Below, in pieces: positions 1-10,795 of a stretch of DNA of 64,000 bases (the first letter of the stretch is position 1; each line of letters opens with the position of its first letter). Under the pieces are notes generated by a model. It saw nothing but the letters and a program-made list of their open reading frames with translations. It ran no database searches and was not told the origin of the DNA. Location: NCBI GenBank assembly GCA_965219445.1, contig CBDCNQ010000005.1:1152001-1216000 (forward strand), written 5' to 3'. The translations under genes and the position numbers were made by a program. The DNA comes from Longimicrobiales bacterium (GTDB taxonomy: Bacteria; Gemmatimonadota; Gemmatimonadetes; Longimicrobiales; Gaopeijiaceae).

Positions 1-945
1 CGCGCCTTTGTCTCCAAAAAGGGGAAGGCCGGTCAACTGTTCCTCCTCCGAGGCTGCATCCGTGGAAGCATCCGCTCCCCCAGGGGCTTCGAAAGCGGCG
101 CCCTCCCTGGCCGGCGGCGCCGCCCCGCGCTTGAGGCCCATTACGAGATCGAGCCCGAGAATCCGCTCCCGAGTCAGAAGCTTGTGCACCTCCCGTTCCC
201 GCACCCACGCGGTCCAAACGCCGACCCAGCCCCAGCGGCGCTTCGCCCGGCGGAGGATCCCCAGCTTCTCGGAAACACTGAACAGCTCCGTGAAGTCGGG
301 AAACGGTTTCGTGATCTGAGGCCGAAAGGCGGTCTCCTCGTCGGACCAATCCTCCGTGTGCAGGCCCTCGACGCCTGCGTCCAATAAGAATCTCTTCCAT
401 TCGACCAACATGAGCGGGCGGCAGCCGAGGTACTGAGAGAGAATCTCTCGGCGAACCGGGTCTACGGGCGCCTTCCAGACAGGCTGGACGAGAAGGACAC
501 TCGCACCCGCCTTCGTGACCCTCACGATCTCCCTGACCGCATCTTCGGGGGAAACCCGTGCGGTGATGCCGAGTTCGGCAATCACGACGTCGAAGATCTC
601 ATCCCGGAAAGGTAATCTGTCCATCTCTCCCGGCTGGACATGCACCTGGTCGAGCAACCCGATCGCTCGCAGCCGCTCTTCGGAGTGCTCCAGAAGGGTA
701 GGATCGTCTTCGACCCCCGAGCCCTGTACCGAGTACTCGCGCACGAAGTACTCCAGTGTGACCGCTAAACCGGACGGAGCAACAAGGACCTCATCATCCT
801 TCTTCATATCCGTGAGAAGGGCGATTTGCCGGCAAAGGTCGATGCCGCCGGGGGGGAACAGGGGTCGGCGGCTCAGGTGCACCAGATCGAGCATGGACGG
901 AATTTTCATGTCGGCGCTGGCGCCACCATGGGTGTCGGCGGACAT
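1..945 (-). CDS. Class I SAM-dependent methyltransferase domain protein (3' end outside window)
   Basis: Hand-translated open minus frame from ATG 945 (or 909): ...LFPPGG...GEMDRLPFRDEIFDVV...EIVRVTKAG, typical Methyltransf_11 motifs; no stop before base 1. Confidence 0.65.
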   Translation of the reverse strand, partial: MSADTHGGASADMKIPSMLDLVHLSRRPLFPPGGIDLCRQIALLTDMKKDDEVLVAPSGLAVTLEYFVREYSVQGSGVEDDPTLLEHSEERLRAIGLLDQVHVQPGEMDRLPFRDEIFDVVIAELGITARVSPEDAVREIVRVTKAGASVLLVQPVWKAPVDPVRREILSQYLGCRPLMLVEWKRFLLDAGVEGLHTEDWSDEETAFRPQITKPFPDFTELFSVSEKLGILRRAKRRWGWVGVWTAWVREREVHKLLTRERILGLDLVMGLKRGAAPPAREGAAFEAPGGADASTDAASEEEQLTGLPLFGDKGA

Positions 946-994
946 GTCGGAAGTCAGGCCGGCGTGTTTCGAAGAGTCAAGAGCAAGCGGGCGA

Positions 995-1510
995 CTAAAA
1001 AACGGGCTCTTCCGCCGAATCCATGTCCTTCAGGGCCTCCCGTAGACGCTCCTCTTCCTCCGAGGACAACTCGGTGCTCACCGTCTTCTCGGGCGGGGCG
1101 CCCCGACGCATGTACCGCAGAGCCACTACAACGGCCACGATCCCGAGGACGATCGCAGCTGGCGGAACGAGCCAGGCCAAAAGTCCCGCCCCGGTGGCGC
1201 GCGGATAGGCGAGGTATTCCTCACCGTGACGGGCGAGCATCCATTCGACGAGCTCGTCCGTCGTCCAGCCCTCGCGTGCCATCGCCTGCATACTGTCCCG
1301 GAGCAACGCACCCGTGTAGGAGGTGCAGACCTCGAGCATTTGACCGGGGCAATACGGCGACTTGAGCCGGGCGATGGCCTCATCAGCGGCGGGATGCGGT
1401 TCGAGTGGCCTCCGTAGGGCTTCGTCCTGACCCTGAGCGACCAATGGTTGCAAGTGGGCGGCCATGGCCATCGCCGCCAGGAACGCAATACTCCGCACTG
1501 TATTGAGCAT
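995..1510 (-). CDS. ccmH: Cytochrome c-type biogenesis protein CcmH/CycL-like
   Basis: Signal peptide, LKSPYCPGQMLEVC, 'WMLARHGEEYLAYP', 'LLAWLVPP' TM, 'LSSEEEERL' tail. Confidence 0.75.
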   Translation of the reverse strand: MLNTVRSIAFLAAMAMAAHLQPLVAQGQDEALRRPLEPHPAADEAIARLKSPYCPGQMLEVCTSYTGALLRDSMQAMAREGWTTDELVEWMLARHGEEYLAYPRATGAGLLAWLVPPAAIVLGIVAVVVALRYMRRGAPPEKTVSTELSSEEEERLREALKDMDSAEEPVF

Positions 1511-1630
1511 TTTAGTAACCGTGCTCCATCACACGTCACGAGGCGTGCCGTACAGGAATTAGATTCGCGTCGGAAAACTCTCAGCGCCGCCTAATCTTAA
1601 CCCGGAGGTGAGATTATGAGCCACCCACCG

Positions 1631-2041
1631 CTAATCCCCGTCCAGCCTACGTCCGTACACCAAGCCCAGAGCCACCCCAGCGATACCCTCCTCAAAGATG
1701 TGCCAGGCCCCATCGACGAAAATCACGGAGGAGGGACCGTCAAGTATGCCGTACAACACGAGATTCGTAGGGAACCACCAAAGTAGCCCGATGATCGCCC
1801 CGAACTTCAGGCCCTCACCCACCGGGGAGCCCCCTTCATAGCCCTTAGGATACATGTAGGCCATGATGATGCCGACCACCAGGTAGGCAAGGCCGACCGC
1901 CCACATGAGCGGAGCTTCTCGGCCGCCTACAGTAACCGACTCGTAGTAGTCGCTCATCAGAACGACATGCCAAAGACCTGAGAGTAGGAACGCCACCACA
2001 GACGCCACCAGGGCTCCGGTCACAAATTTGCGCCCGTTCAT
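1631..2041 (-). CDS. Small 4-TM membrane protein (DUF1761-like)
   Basis: Four hydrophobic helices, 'SGLWH' motif; GGAG RBS before ATG 2041. Confidence 0.5.
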   Translation of the reverse strand: MNGRKFVTGALVASVVAFLLSGLWHVVLMSDYYESVTVGGREAPLMWAVGLAYLVVGIIMAYMYPKGYEGGSPVGEGLKFGAIIGLLWWFPTNLVLYGILDGPSSVIFVDGAWHIFEEGIAGVALGLVYGRRLDGD

Positions 2042-2252
2042 AGGGACTCCCTCCGTTTCGAGGTCAGGGACCGCCAAGCGGATCAATGTGGGGACAGTGC
2101 GCGGGGCGCGCGAGCCGAAGGCTCAGCTGACCTTTCCCATCGGATGTGGGGGCCGTAGACTCGATGTCACGCTCGGTCAGGCGAGTTCATTCTGTCAGGC
2201 TCCAGGCCGACAAGGAGGCGATCCAGCGGGTGTCTCGAAGAAGGAGAAAACC

Positions 2253-3131
2253 ATGAACCGACGAAATTTCCTGGGCGCCGCGCTCGCCGCCGGTGGAGCC
2301 ACCCCAGCCTTTTCGCGACGGGCGCTTGCGGCCGACCATGGGGGCGGGGCCGCGCCCGCGACGGGCGCTGCCGAGCGCTCGTTGCAGACGCATCGCATGC
2401 AGGTTGCGAGCTCCCTGCACATGTGCGTCTTCGACACCTTCGGCACCGTCGTCGACTGGCGCGGGTCGGTCATCGCCGAGGTGGAGGAGCTCGCACGCCA
2501 GAAGGGCTGGGATCTCGACGCTGAAGCTTTCGCCGTGGCATGGCGCGCCAACTATGGCCCCTCGCGCAATCGCGTCCGCACCGGTGAGCTCCCTTGGACG
2601 AAGCTCGACGATTTACACCGCATGACCCTCGACGACCTACTGATACGATTCAGGATCGACGGGCTCAGCGAAGAAGAAAAAGTACACCTCAACAAGGTCT
2701 GGCACCGGCTGCACCCGTGGCCCGACGCGCCGGAGGGACTGGCGCGCCTCAAGACCCGGTATGTGCTCTCGCCGCTGTCGAACGGCAACGTGGCTCTTTT
2801 GACGGAAATGGCGAAGTTCGGGGGCATTCCTTGGGACTGCGTCCTGGGATCGGACGTCGCGCGGCACTACAAGCCGGACAAAGAGATGTACTTGATGCCA
2901 AGTGACTTCTTCGACATTCCGCCATCGGCCGTGCTGATGGTCGCTGCGCACACCGGCGACCTGGACTCAGCGAAGAGCCACGGCCTGCGGACCGCCTACG
3001 TCCATCGTCCGCTCGAGCGGGGCCCGGACACACCGCCATGGGACCCGCCCGAGGTCGGTCGGTTCGATTTCCTCGCGACGGACTTCAACGACCTGGCGTC
3101 GCAGCTCGGTATCTGGTCGCTGCCGGCATAG
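2253..3131 (+). CDS. Haloacid dehalogenase type II with Tat signal
   Basis: AAGGAG RBS; MNRRNFLG twin-arginine leader; FDTFGTVVDW, LSNGN, YKPD, MVAAH motifs. Confidence 0.85.
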   Translation: MNRRNFLGAALAAGGATPAFSRRALAADHGGGAAPATGAAERSLQTHRMQVASSLHMCVFDTFGTVVDWRGSVIAEVEELARQKGWDLDAEAFAVAWRANYGPSRNRVRTGELPWTKLDDLHRMTLDDLLIRFRIDGLSEEEKVHLNKVWHRLHPWPDAPEGLARLKTRYVLSPLSNGNVALLTEMAKFGGIPWDCVLGSDVARHYKPDKEMYLMPSDFFDIPPSAVLMVAAHTGDLDSAKSHGLRTAYVHRPLERGPDTPPWDPPEVGRFDFLATDFNDLASQLGIWSLPA

Positions 3132-3218
3132 CCGACCCTGCTGAGCGGGCAAGCCGCGCGGAGATGAGCCACCCGTCCATCCGAATCCTCTGGCCCACCG
3201 ACAAGCAGGTGCCGAGCC

Positions 3219-4896
3219 TCAGTCCATAAGGTGGACGCGCCCCGCGTCGCCATCCACCTCGATTGTCTGACCGTCCGTGATCATGCTGGTCGCCACGCCG
3301 GTCCCGACCACCGCCGGGATTCGGTACTCGCGAGCCACCACGGCGCAATGGCTGAGAATGCCGCCTGTATCCGTAACAATGCCTGCCGCAATCCCGAACA
3401 ACGGCGTCCACGACGGCGACGTAGACTCGGCCACCAGAATCTCCCCCACGCCGAGCTTATGGCATTCGTCCAGAGAGCGCACGACCCTCGCGGTTCCGCG
3501 GACCTTGCCCGATGAGCCGGCATTTCCCGCCACTGTGTCCTCCGCCGCGTCGTCCTTGCTCGGCCGGCGCTCCGAAGAACTTTCCCAATGCGTCAGACAC
3601 CAGTCCGGGTGGTGGTGGCCCGTAGTCCGTGCCCATGAACAGGGGCGGCTTCAGCGATCCGAAATGCTCCATCTCCCTCTTGCGCGCCTCCACAAGACCG
3701 ATGTGGTCAGTCGCAGGTGAGGCATCAGCTGCGGCGGCGATTTCATCCGTCCGTAGACAGAAAACGTCGCCGGCTGTCTCCAGCGTCCCCGCCTCGGCCA
3801 ATCGCTTCCCCATCTCCATGACGACTCGACGCACGCGGTAGGTAGACTGAAAATCGATCCAGTAACCGTGATCTTCGGTAAGTACGACGGCCGTGGAGGA
3901 CGCCTCGAGCAGACGTTCGAACTCGTCGCGGACATCAGACGGGTACCCCTGCAGTCGCTCTCTTGCGGCGGCTACGGCATCGTCACGTTCCGCGGCCCGC
4001 TCCCTTAGTTCGTCACGCGGGTCGCCCTCCTGTTCGATGTAGCCCTTCAGGGTGACCATGACGGGACTGGGGTCCTCGATCCAACTCCCGTGACGGATTC
4101 CCCAATCCGACATCCGCTTGCCGTGCAGGTTCAGGAAGGCGTCCACCTCCTTCGCCAACGCCTGCCCGTTACCGGACTCGACCAGGGCATTCATCACATC
4201 GCCAGGGGCGTGTTCCTCGAAGATCTTGCGGACCCCATCGCTTGCCCTGGCCTTGCGACTCAGATCCCACAACGCGCGAGCAACCTCCAGGGTCTTGTTG
4301 TCGAATCCCTGAACCAGCTTCTGCGACTCGAAGACGCCATCCGAAAACAGGTCGTTGTACAGATCGTCCAACAGCGACAGCGCGATATACACCGGAAATA
4401 CGATCTGGAAGTGAATGTCCGCCAGACGTAGGGCGCCTGCCCACACCTCTGTTAAATGGGTTTGCAGATCCGCAGTAGAAGCCGCCGCGACATCGAAGGC
4501 GTCCCACTCCTTAATGTACTTTTTGATCTCGGGTAACCATTCCTCGTCCCAGCGCTCCTGAAGGCGACCGACGTTGGCCATGATGACCTCATCCGAACGC
4601 GTGGTCTGTTCCGCCATCTGCTCTGGTGGGATTCGGGGGAAGATGCCGGTATACAACCAGTAGTTGAATTGCTTGGCCGCCATCTGCAACGGCATCTCGA
4701 AATGCTGCATGGCCAGGTCCGCGCCGTGCATGAACTGCGCCCAGAACTCTCCCTCGAGAGGCGGCATGACTTTGTTGAAGTGCATCAGGTCGAGCTCCCA
4801 GGGGATCTTCTGTTCGTCAGCGGACGCCCACTTGACTGGGAAGTCCTCCTGGGGTGGAATCGCTACGGGTTCAGATGGGGGGCCTGCATCGGACAT
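3219..4896 (-). pseudogene. PEP-utilising phosphotransferase subunit (substrate-binding + His-swivel domain), frameshifted at ~3555
   Basis: ORF 3457-5028 joins ORF 3219-3533 (TSPSWTP, GGILSHCAVVAREY) if one base is removed near 3555-3558; may be a sequencing error. Confidence 0.7.
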
Positions 4897-4934
4897 AACC
4901 GGTTTTCCTCCGCCTCTGGGTTCGCGTTGCTCAA

Positions 4935-5813
4935 TTACTGATCGGGCTCGGTCAACGTAGTGATCTGGCGACACTGTAGTACAAACAGCTCTTCGCCGCT
5001 GTAGGCACTCTCCACGTCGACCGGCCATCCCATCTCATCCTCCAAGCTCATCGCAAGTCGCGCCATCGCCACCAGCTGCTCACCAGAGAGCGTCGGGCGT
5101 GAGCGCATAAAGCGCGGCACAGGCACTTCCTCCGTGCCGTCTTGGACCCGCACTGTCATGATCTTCTTATCCGAGATCTTGGACTCGGTCACGGTCAGGT
5201 CCCGCTTGTCGATCGTGAACGTATCCGGGCTGACGGTTCCGCCAACGATGCTTTCACCCAGCCCCCAGCTCGCATTGATCACGACCTCGTCGCGATTCTG
5301 GGTGACCGGATTGGCACTGAAGATCACGGCCGAGGAGTCGGCGGCCACCAGCTCCTGGACGAGCACGGCCATCTCTAATCTGTCGAGCGCTAGCCCGGCG
5401 TGCTGTCGATATTCGGTGACTCGCTCCGCCCGAGTGGAGTGCCAGCAGCGGAGCACCACGGCCGCCACCGCCGCATCACCCTCCAGATTCAGATAGGTCT
5501 CGTACTGTCCGGCAAATGAGGCGAAGCCACTGTCTTCGTCGATCGCAGACGACCGCACCGCGACGCTGGGCTTTTCGAGGTCCGAGCGTCGGGCCAGCTC
5601 ACCATACGCATCCCTCAACTGGCGCAGCAGCTCCGATGGAAACTCTTCTCCGCAACCGTCTGCATGGCCGGCCCACTCCTGGAAAGCGTCCGTAGTCAGA
5701 CAGAAGCCCGGCGGGACCTGGTACTCGGCCGCGAGTCGGCTCAGATTGGCTACCTTGCCTCCAACCCGCGAGACCTCCTGGCACCCGGTATCGTCCAACC
5801 AGATAATGTTCAT
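4935..5813 (-). CDS. PEP/pyruvate-binding (PPDK_N ATP-grasp) subunit
   Basis: VGGKVANL, VAVRSSA..ED..SFAGQYET, WGLGESIVGG, LQCRQIT. Confidence 0.85.
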   Translation of the reverse strand: MNIIWLDDTGCQEVSRVGGKVANLSRLAAEYQVPPGFCLTTDAFQEWAGHADGCGEEFPSELLRQLRDAYGELARRSDLEKPSVAVRSSAIDEDSGFASFAGQYETYLNLEGDAAVAAVVLRCWHSTRAERVTEYRQHAGLALDRLEMAVLVQELVAADSSAVIFSANPVTQNRDEVVINASWGLGESIVGGTVSPDTFTIDKRDLTVTESKISDKKIMTVRVQDGTEEVPVPRFMRSRPTLSGEQLVAMARLAMSLEDEMGWPVDVESAYSGEELFVLQCRQITTLTEPDQ

Positions 5814-5878
5814 CGCACACCAGTTAGGTCTGTCCGGAGTACACCTCCGAATCGCACCAATGCGGACAACCGATATCG

Positions 5879-6883
5879 TTAGCGGAGTCGGTCGATCCCC
5901 GCCAACGCCCGTAAGACGGCCGCCACCCCCAGGCCGGTCCGGGCGGGATCGTAACCACCCTCCAGCGTAGCCACGATTCCGACTCCGCGCGAATCGTCGT
6001 CCCCGCCCCCCATGGCCGCAACTGCCATCACCTCACGCGTGAGCGCGTGCATATCTTCGGGCTCCAGGAGCATCCCCCCCAACGGATCGCCGGCCATGAC
6101 GTCGAAGCCCGCCGAGATGAGGATGAAGTCCGGGCGGGAGGCCTCAACGCCCTGGCTCAGCGCCTCGGAGAAGTGCCGCGAGTATTCGGCTGCCGACGTG
6201 CCCGCGGCGAGCGGAACGTTGAGCGTCCACCCCGCTCCCTCACCCACGCCGGTTTCGCTCGCCGCGCCGGTGCCCGGATAATGGGGAGACTGATGCAGCG
6301 ACAAGTAGAACACGGTCCCATCGTCGTAGAACGTGTCCTGCGTGCCGTTCCCATGGTGAACGTCCCAGTCCACGATCAGCACACGTTCGGCTCGGCCCGT
6401 CGCCTAGAGCCACCGCGCCGTGACGGCCACATGGTTGATCAAGCAGAAGCCCATGGCGCGGTCGGGCGTCGCATGATGTCCGGGGGGACGCGTGGCCACG
6501 AACGCGGAGGACAGCGTCCCGTCTGCAACACGTTCGGCCGCGGTAAGGAGTGCCGCGGTGGACCCCGTGGCCGCGCCCCACGACGCCGCGGACACGATCG
6601 TATCCGCGTCGAGTGAAACCGACGTACCCTCCTTCTCCGCTCGCTCCACGGACGTGCGAAGAAGCGTCAGGTATTCGGGCGTGTGCACGCGAAGGAGGTC
6701 CCTGTCCGTCACCTGCCCGGGATCGACCTGGACGACCCTTCCGTGCAGGGCCAACAGATCCCGGCCAACGGCGGAGGACAGCGCGCGGAGTCGGCCTTGG
6801 TGCTCCGGATGCCCCCACCCGGTATCGTGGAGCGGCGCTTCTGGATGAAGGAGAAACCCCGCCGGAGGGGCGGAGTCAGTCAC
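5879..6883 (-). pseudogene. Histone deacetylase family protein with in-frame TAG at 6404-6406
   Basis: HPEHQGRL, RPPGHHA, GFC, DWDVHHGNGTQ, SAGFD, LEGGY; the two ORFs share a frame, split by one TAG. Confidence 0.85.
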
Positions 6884-9800
6884 CCGCTCCCACCACCGCA
6901 AGCGCCTTCGCGTCGGCGATGCGCTCCTGAAGAGTGCGGACCTGATACGTCCGAGATCGCAAAGCGATGAGTGCGTCACAGGCAGCGCTCGTCGCGGACA
7001 TCGTCGTGAAGTATGGGACGCTGTGCGTGATCGTGGCCCTGCGCATGGCGTAATCATCGTACTGCGACTTCTTCCCCATGGGCGTGTTGATGAGCATAGC
7101 GACCTCTCCGGATACGATCTGGTCGACGATATCGGGCCTTCCCTCTCCCACCTTGTAGACCCGTTCCACAGGGATCCCAAGGCGCGTCATATACTCGTAT
7201 GTCCCCTTGGTCGCGCGGATCTCGAAGCCCAGATCGCGGAGCCTCCTCAGAATCGGGGTCACCGTGGGCTTGTCCTGGTCGTTAACCGTAACAACCAATG
7301 CACCGCCCCTCACGGGGAGCAGATTGTAGGACGCCGCCTGAGCCTTGGCGATCGCCATTCCGAACGAGTCGTCGAACCCCATGACCTCCCCCGTCGAACG
7401 CATCTCGGGTCCGAGCAGGATGTCGACCTCGAAGCGAGAGAACGGGAAGACCGCCTCCTTCACGGCCACGCCGGCCACGGGTGGCTCTTCCGGAACGTCC
7501 ATATCAGCCAGCTTCTCACCGGCCATGACACGGGCGGCAAGGCGTGCCAGGGGAACGCCCGTCGCCTTGCTCACGAAGGGTACGGTTCTCGAGGCACGTG
7601 GATTGACCTCGAGAACGTAAACAACCCCTTCACGGATGGCGTACTGTACGTTGAGCAGCCCCACCACACCTAGCTCCAGCGCGAAGCGGCGCGTCTTTTC
7701 CCTAATTTCCTCCAACTCCACGGCCCCGAGCAGGTAGGGCGGAAGCACGCATGCCGAATCCCCAGAATGCACACCCGCGTCCTCGATGTGCTGCATGATG
7801 CCACCGATCACGACGTCCTTGCCGTCCGAAAGCGCGTCCACGTCGGCCTCGAACGCGTCCTCGATGAAGCGGTCGATCAGGACCGGATGATCCGGAGAGG
7901 CCCGAGCGGCGCGCTCGAAATAGTCCTTGAGGGAGACCTCATCGTAGACGATCTCCATCGCACGGCCCCCGAGCACGTAACTGGGGCGCATGAGCACCGG
8001 GTACCCTACCTCCTCGGCCACCGCGAGGGCTTGCTCCTCGCTCGTGGCCATTCCGTTCTTGGGCACCGTCGCTTCGACGATCCTACACACCTTTTCAAAT
8101 CGCCCACGATGCTCGGCACGGTCGATGGAGTCCACGGAAGTTCCGAGGATCGGAACACCCATCGCCTCCAGCCGTTCGGCAAGATTCAGCGGCGTCTGGC
8201 CACCGAGTTGGACGACCACGCCGAGGGGCTCTTCCCGTTCCACGATCTCGAGCACATCCTCGAAGGTTAGCGGCTCGAAGTAGAGCTTGTCGCTCACGTC
8301 GAAGTCGGTCGACACCGTCTCCGGGTTCGAATTGATCATGATGGTCTCGTACCCGACCTCCCGAAGCGCCAGCACGGCCTGCACGCAACAGTAGTCGAAC
8401 TCGATCCCCTGCCCGATACGATTCGGACCACTCCCGAGAATGACTATCTTCTCTCGATCCGACGGATTCGACTCGTCCTCCTCTTCGTAAGAGGAGTAGT
8501 AATACGGCGTTTCCGCGGGGAATTCGCCGGCACACGTATCGACGACGTTATACGTGGGGCGAATGTCCCACTCCCAACGCCGGGCCCGGACCTCCTGCTC
8601 CTCCTCGGAGCGCAGCGCCGCAAGCTGCACGTCGGAGAAGCCGTTCCGCTTCATGAGCCTGAGCTCGGCGGGTCCTACTTCATCCAGCTCCCGGTACCAG
8701 GCCTCCTGATCGACGATCTCGAGAAGTTGGTATAGGAACCACGGGTCGATCCCGGTTGCCTCCTGAATTTCCTCCACCGGGAGTGTGCCAGCCAGCGCGC
8801 GTTTGAGCTGGAAAGCCCTATCCGCGGTGGGGCGACGGAGCGCGGCGAGCAGAGCCTCCGGATCCTCCGACTCGAGCCCGTCGTCTTCGAGCCGGTCACC
8901 GAGCACCCAGCCGTTCCGTCCGATTTCCAGTCCGCGAATCCCCTTCTGCCATGCCGACGCGAAGGTCCGCCCAATCGCCATGGTCTCGCCGACCGCCTTC
9001 ATCTGCACGCCGAGCACCGGGTTCACCTCCGGGAACTTGTCGAAGGCGAAGCGCGGGAACTTGACCACCACGTAGTCGAGCGTCGGCTCGAACGAAGCCG
9101 GCGTGGTCTTGGTGATGTCGTTGGGCAGCTCGTTGAGGAGGTAACCCACTGCGAGCTTCGCCCCCACACGGGCGATCGGAAACCCGGTGGCCTTCGACGC
9201 GAGCGCGGAGGACCGCGAAACCCTCGGGTTCATCTCCACGACGAGCATTTCGCCGGTCTGCGGATCCACGGCGAACTGGATGTTACACCCCCCCGCTTCG
9301 ACACCGATTTCTCGGATGATCGCGATGGCGGCGTCGCGCATGCGTTGATACTCGACGTCTGTAAGGGTCTGGGCGGGAGCCACCGTGATCGAATCCCCCG
9401 TGTGGACACCCATCGGGTCGAAATTTTCGATCGAGCACACGATGATGACGTTGTCCGACCCGTCTCGGACTACCTCGAGCTCGTACTCCTTCCACCCGAT
9501 GACGCTCCGATCGATGAGCACCTCGGTAATGGGGGAGGCGTCCAAGCCTCGGGCCACGGCCACCTTGAACTCATCGGCGTTGTACGCGATGCCGCCACCG
9601 GTACCCCCGAGGGTGAAGCTGGGACGGATAATCGCCGGATAGCCCGTTTCTTCAACAATCGCCAACGCTTCTTCCGTCGTGCGTGCGAAGCCGCCGTAGG
9701 GAAGCTCCAATCCGATGCGCGTCATCGCAGCCGCGAATTCCTCACGGTCCTCGGCCATCTGAATCGACTGAGCGTTCGCTCCGATCAACTCGACGCGGTG

Positions 9801-10130
9801 CTTTTCGAGCACGCCCTGTCGATCCAGTTCCATGGCGATGTTGAGCGCGGTTTGTCCGCCCATTGTGGGCAGCAAGGCGTCGGGCTTCTCCCGCTCGATT
9901 ACCCGCTCGACCCAGTTGGGCGTCAGCGGCTCGATGTAAGTACGGTCGGCGAGATCCGGATCCGTCATGATCGTGGCAGGGTTGGAATTCACCAGCACCA
10001 CGCGATAGCCCTCCTCCTTCAGGGCGCGAACCGCCTGGGTGCCCGAGTAGTCGAACTCGCACGCCTGGCCGATGACGATTGGGCCTGAGCCCAGAATGAG
10101 GATGGATTCGAGGTCAGAGCGTCTAGGCAA
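6876..10130 (-). CDS. carB: Carbamoyl-phosphate synthase large subunit
   Basis: [28 protein letters not shown]; duplicated ATP-grasp; MGS C-terminus. Confidence 0.98.
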   Translation of the reverse strand: MPRRSDLESILILGSGPIVIGQACEFDYSGTQAVRALKEEGYRVVLVNSNPATIMTDPDLADRTYIEPLTPNWVERVIEREKPDALLPTMGGQTALNIAMELDRQGVLEKHRVELIGANAQSIQMAEDREEFAAAMTRIGLELPYGGFARTTEEALAIVEETGYPAIIRPSFTLGGTGGGIAYNADEFKVAVARGLDASPITEVLIDRSVIGWKEYELEVVRDGSDNVIIVCSIENFDPMGVHTGDSITVAPAQTLTDVEYQRMRDAAIAIIREIGVEAGGCNIQFAVDPQTGEMLVVEMNPRVSRSSALASKATGFPIARVGAKLAVGYLLNELPNDITKTTPASFEPTLDYVVVKFPRFAFDKFPEVNPVLGVQMKAVGETMAIGRTFASAWQKGIRGLEIGRNGWVLGDRLEDDGLESEDPEALLAALRRPTADRAFQLKRALAGTLPVEEIQEATGIDPWFLYQLLEIVDQEAWYRELDEVGPAELRLMKRNGFSDVQLAALRSEEEQEVRARRWEWDIRPTYNVVDTCAGEFPAETPYYYSSYEEEDESNPSDREKIVILGSGPNRIGQGIEFDYCCVQAVLALREVGYETIMINSNPETVSTDFDVSDKLYFEPLTFEDVLEIVEREEPLGVVVQLGGQTPLNLAERLEAMGVPILGTSVDSIDRAEHRGRFEKVCRIVEATVPKNGMATSEEQALAVAEEVGYPVLMRPSYVLGGRAMEIVYDEVSLKDYFERAARASPDHPVLIDRFIEDAFEADVDALSDGKDVVIGGIMQHIEDAGVHSGDSACVLPPYLLGAVELEEIREKTRRFALELGVVGLLNVQYAIREGVVYVLEVNPRASRTVPFVSKATGVPLARLAARVMAGEKLADMDVPEEPPVAGVAVKEAVFPFSRFEVDILLGPEMRSTGEVMGFDDSFGMAIAKAQAASYNLLPVRGGALVVTVNDQDKPTVTPILRRLRDLGFEIRATKGTYEYMTRLGIPVERVYKVGEGRPDIVDQIVSGEVAMLINTPMGKKSQYDDYAMRRATITHSVPYFTTMSATSAACDALIALRSRTYQVRTLQERIADAKALAVVGAGD

Positions 10131-10257
10131 CGGAAAATACGGGGGGCTGGGGGCCGCTGAGTCGGCTGATCCACGGGGTGTAAAGCGGAGCAGACATCAC
10201 GGCGAAAGGTACCTTAAACGGCACCTCGGGCAAGCGTCGGGAGTGTCTCGTGGCCCC

Positions 10258-10368
10258 TCAACTTCCCTTGCTGGATTCCTTGCGGACTGCGGTCGCCAGG
10301 GCCAGGAAAAATCCGCCCCAAACGAACCCGAGAATGAGCACCATCGTGACTACGGTCGAAGTCGTCAT
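10258..10368 (-). CDS. MetS-family NSS transporter small subunit (36 aa)
   Basis: MTTSTVVTMVLILGFVWGGFFLALATAVRKE: single TM with 'VWGG' signature; GGAAA upstream. Confidence 0.7.
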   Translation of the reverse strand: MTTSTVVTMVLILGFVWGGFFLALATAVRKESSKGS

Positions 10369-10414
10369 GAGCTCATTTTCCCAGGGAGAGGCCCTTGGCG
10401 CAAGCAAGCCGGGG

Positions 10415-10795
10415 TCATCGATTGAGCTCGACCGTAATTCCACTGAGGTCGTTGATCACCTCGTTGATGTCGTCCACCGCCTCGACGACGACTGTGGTCA
10501 GCGAAGGGCTTCGGACATCGTCCATGGCCACCCGGAATCGGATTCGGTCCGGGTCGGCCGTGACCAGCACGACCCGGTACACATCGGTCGCCGGCTCGGC
10601 GAAGAAGACCCTAGTCTGGCCCGCATCCGAGAATCCCCGCACCCCGGGCCCACTGATCTCGAGAACGATCGCACCCACGGGACTAGCCCCCAACCTGACA
10701 ACGCCCCTGAGCTGGCCTGGACCCCTCGGCCCCCAATCGCATGCGCTGAGCGTCAGCGTGACAGCCGTGACCGTAACCAGCCTTGCCCAACTCAT
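10415..10795 (-). CDS. Hypothetical lipoprotein
   Basis: Lipobox LSAC; start overlaps the upstream stop (ATGA). Confidence 0.6.
   Translation of the reverse strand: MSWARLVTVTAVTLTLSACDWGPRGPGQLRGVVRLGASPVGAIVLEISGPGVRGFSDAGQTRVFFAEPATDVYRVVLVTADPDRIRFRVAMDDVRSPSLTTVVVEAVDDINEVINDLSGITVELNR

Noticed and set aside
1310..1370. Non-canonical CcmH cysteine spacing as a novelty
   Set aside because: Likely a lineage variant of the motif; nothing else here suggests a new function.
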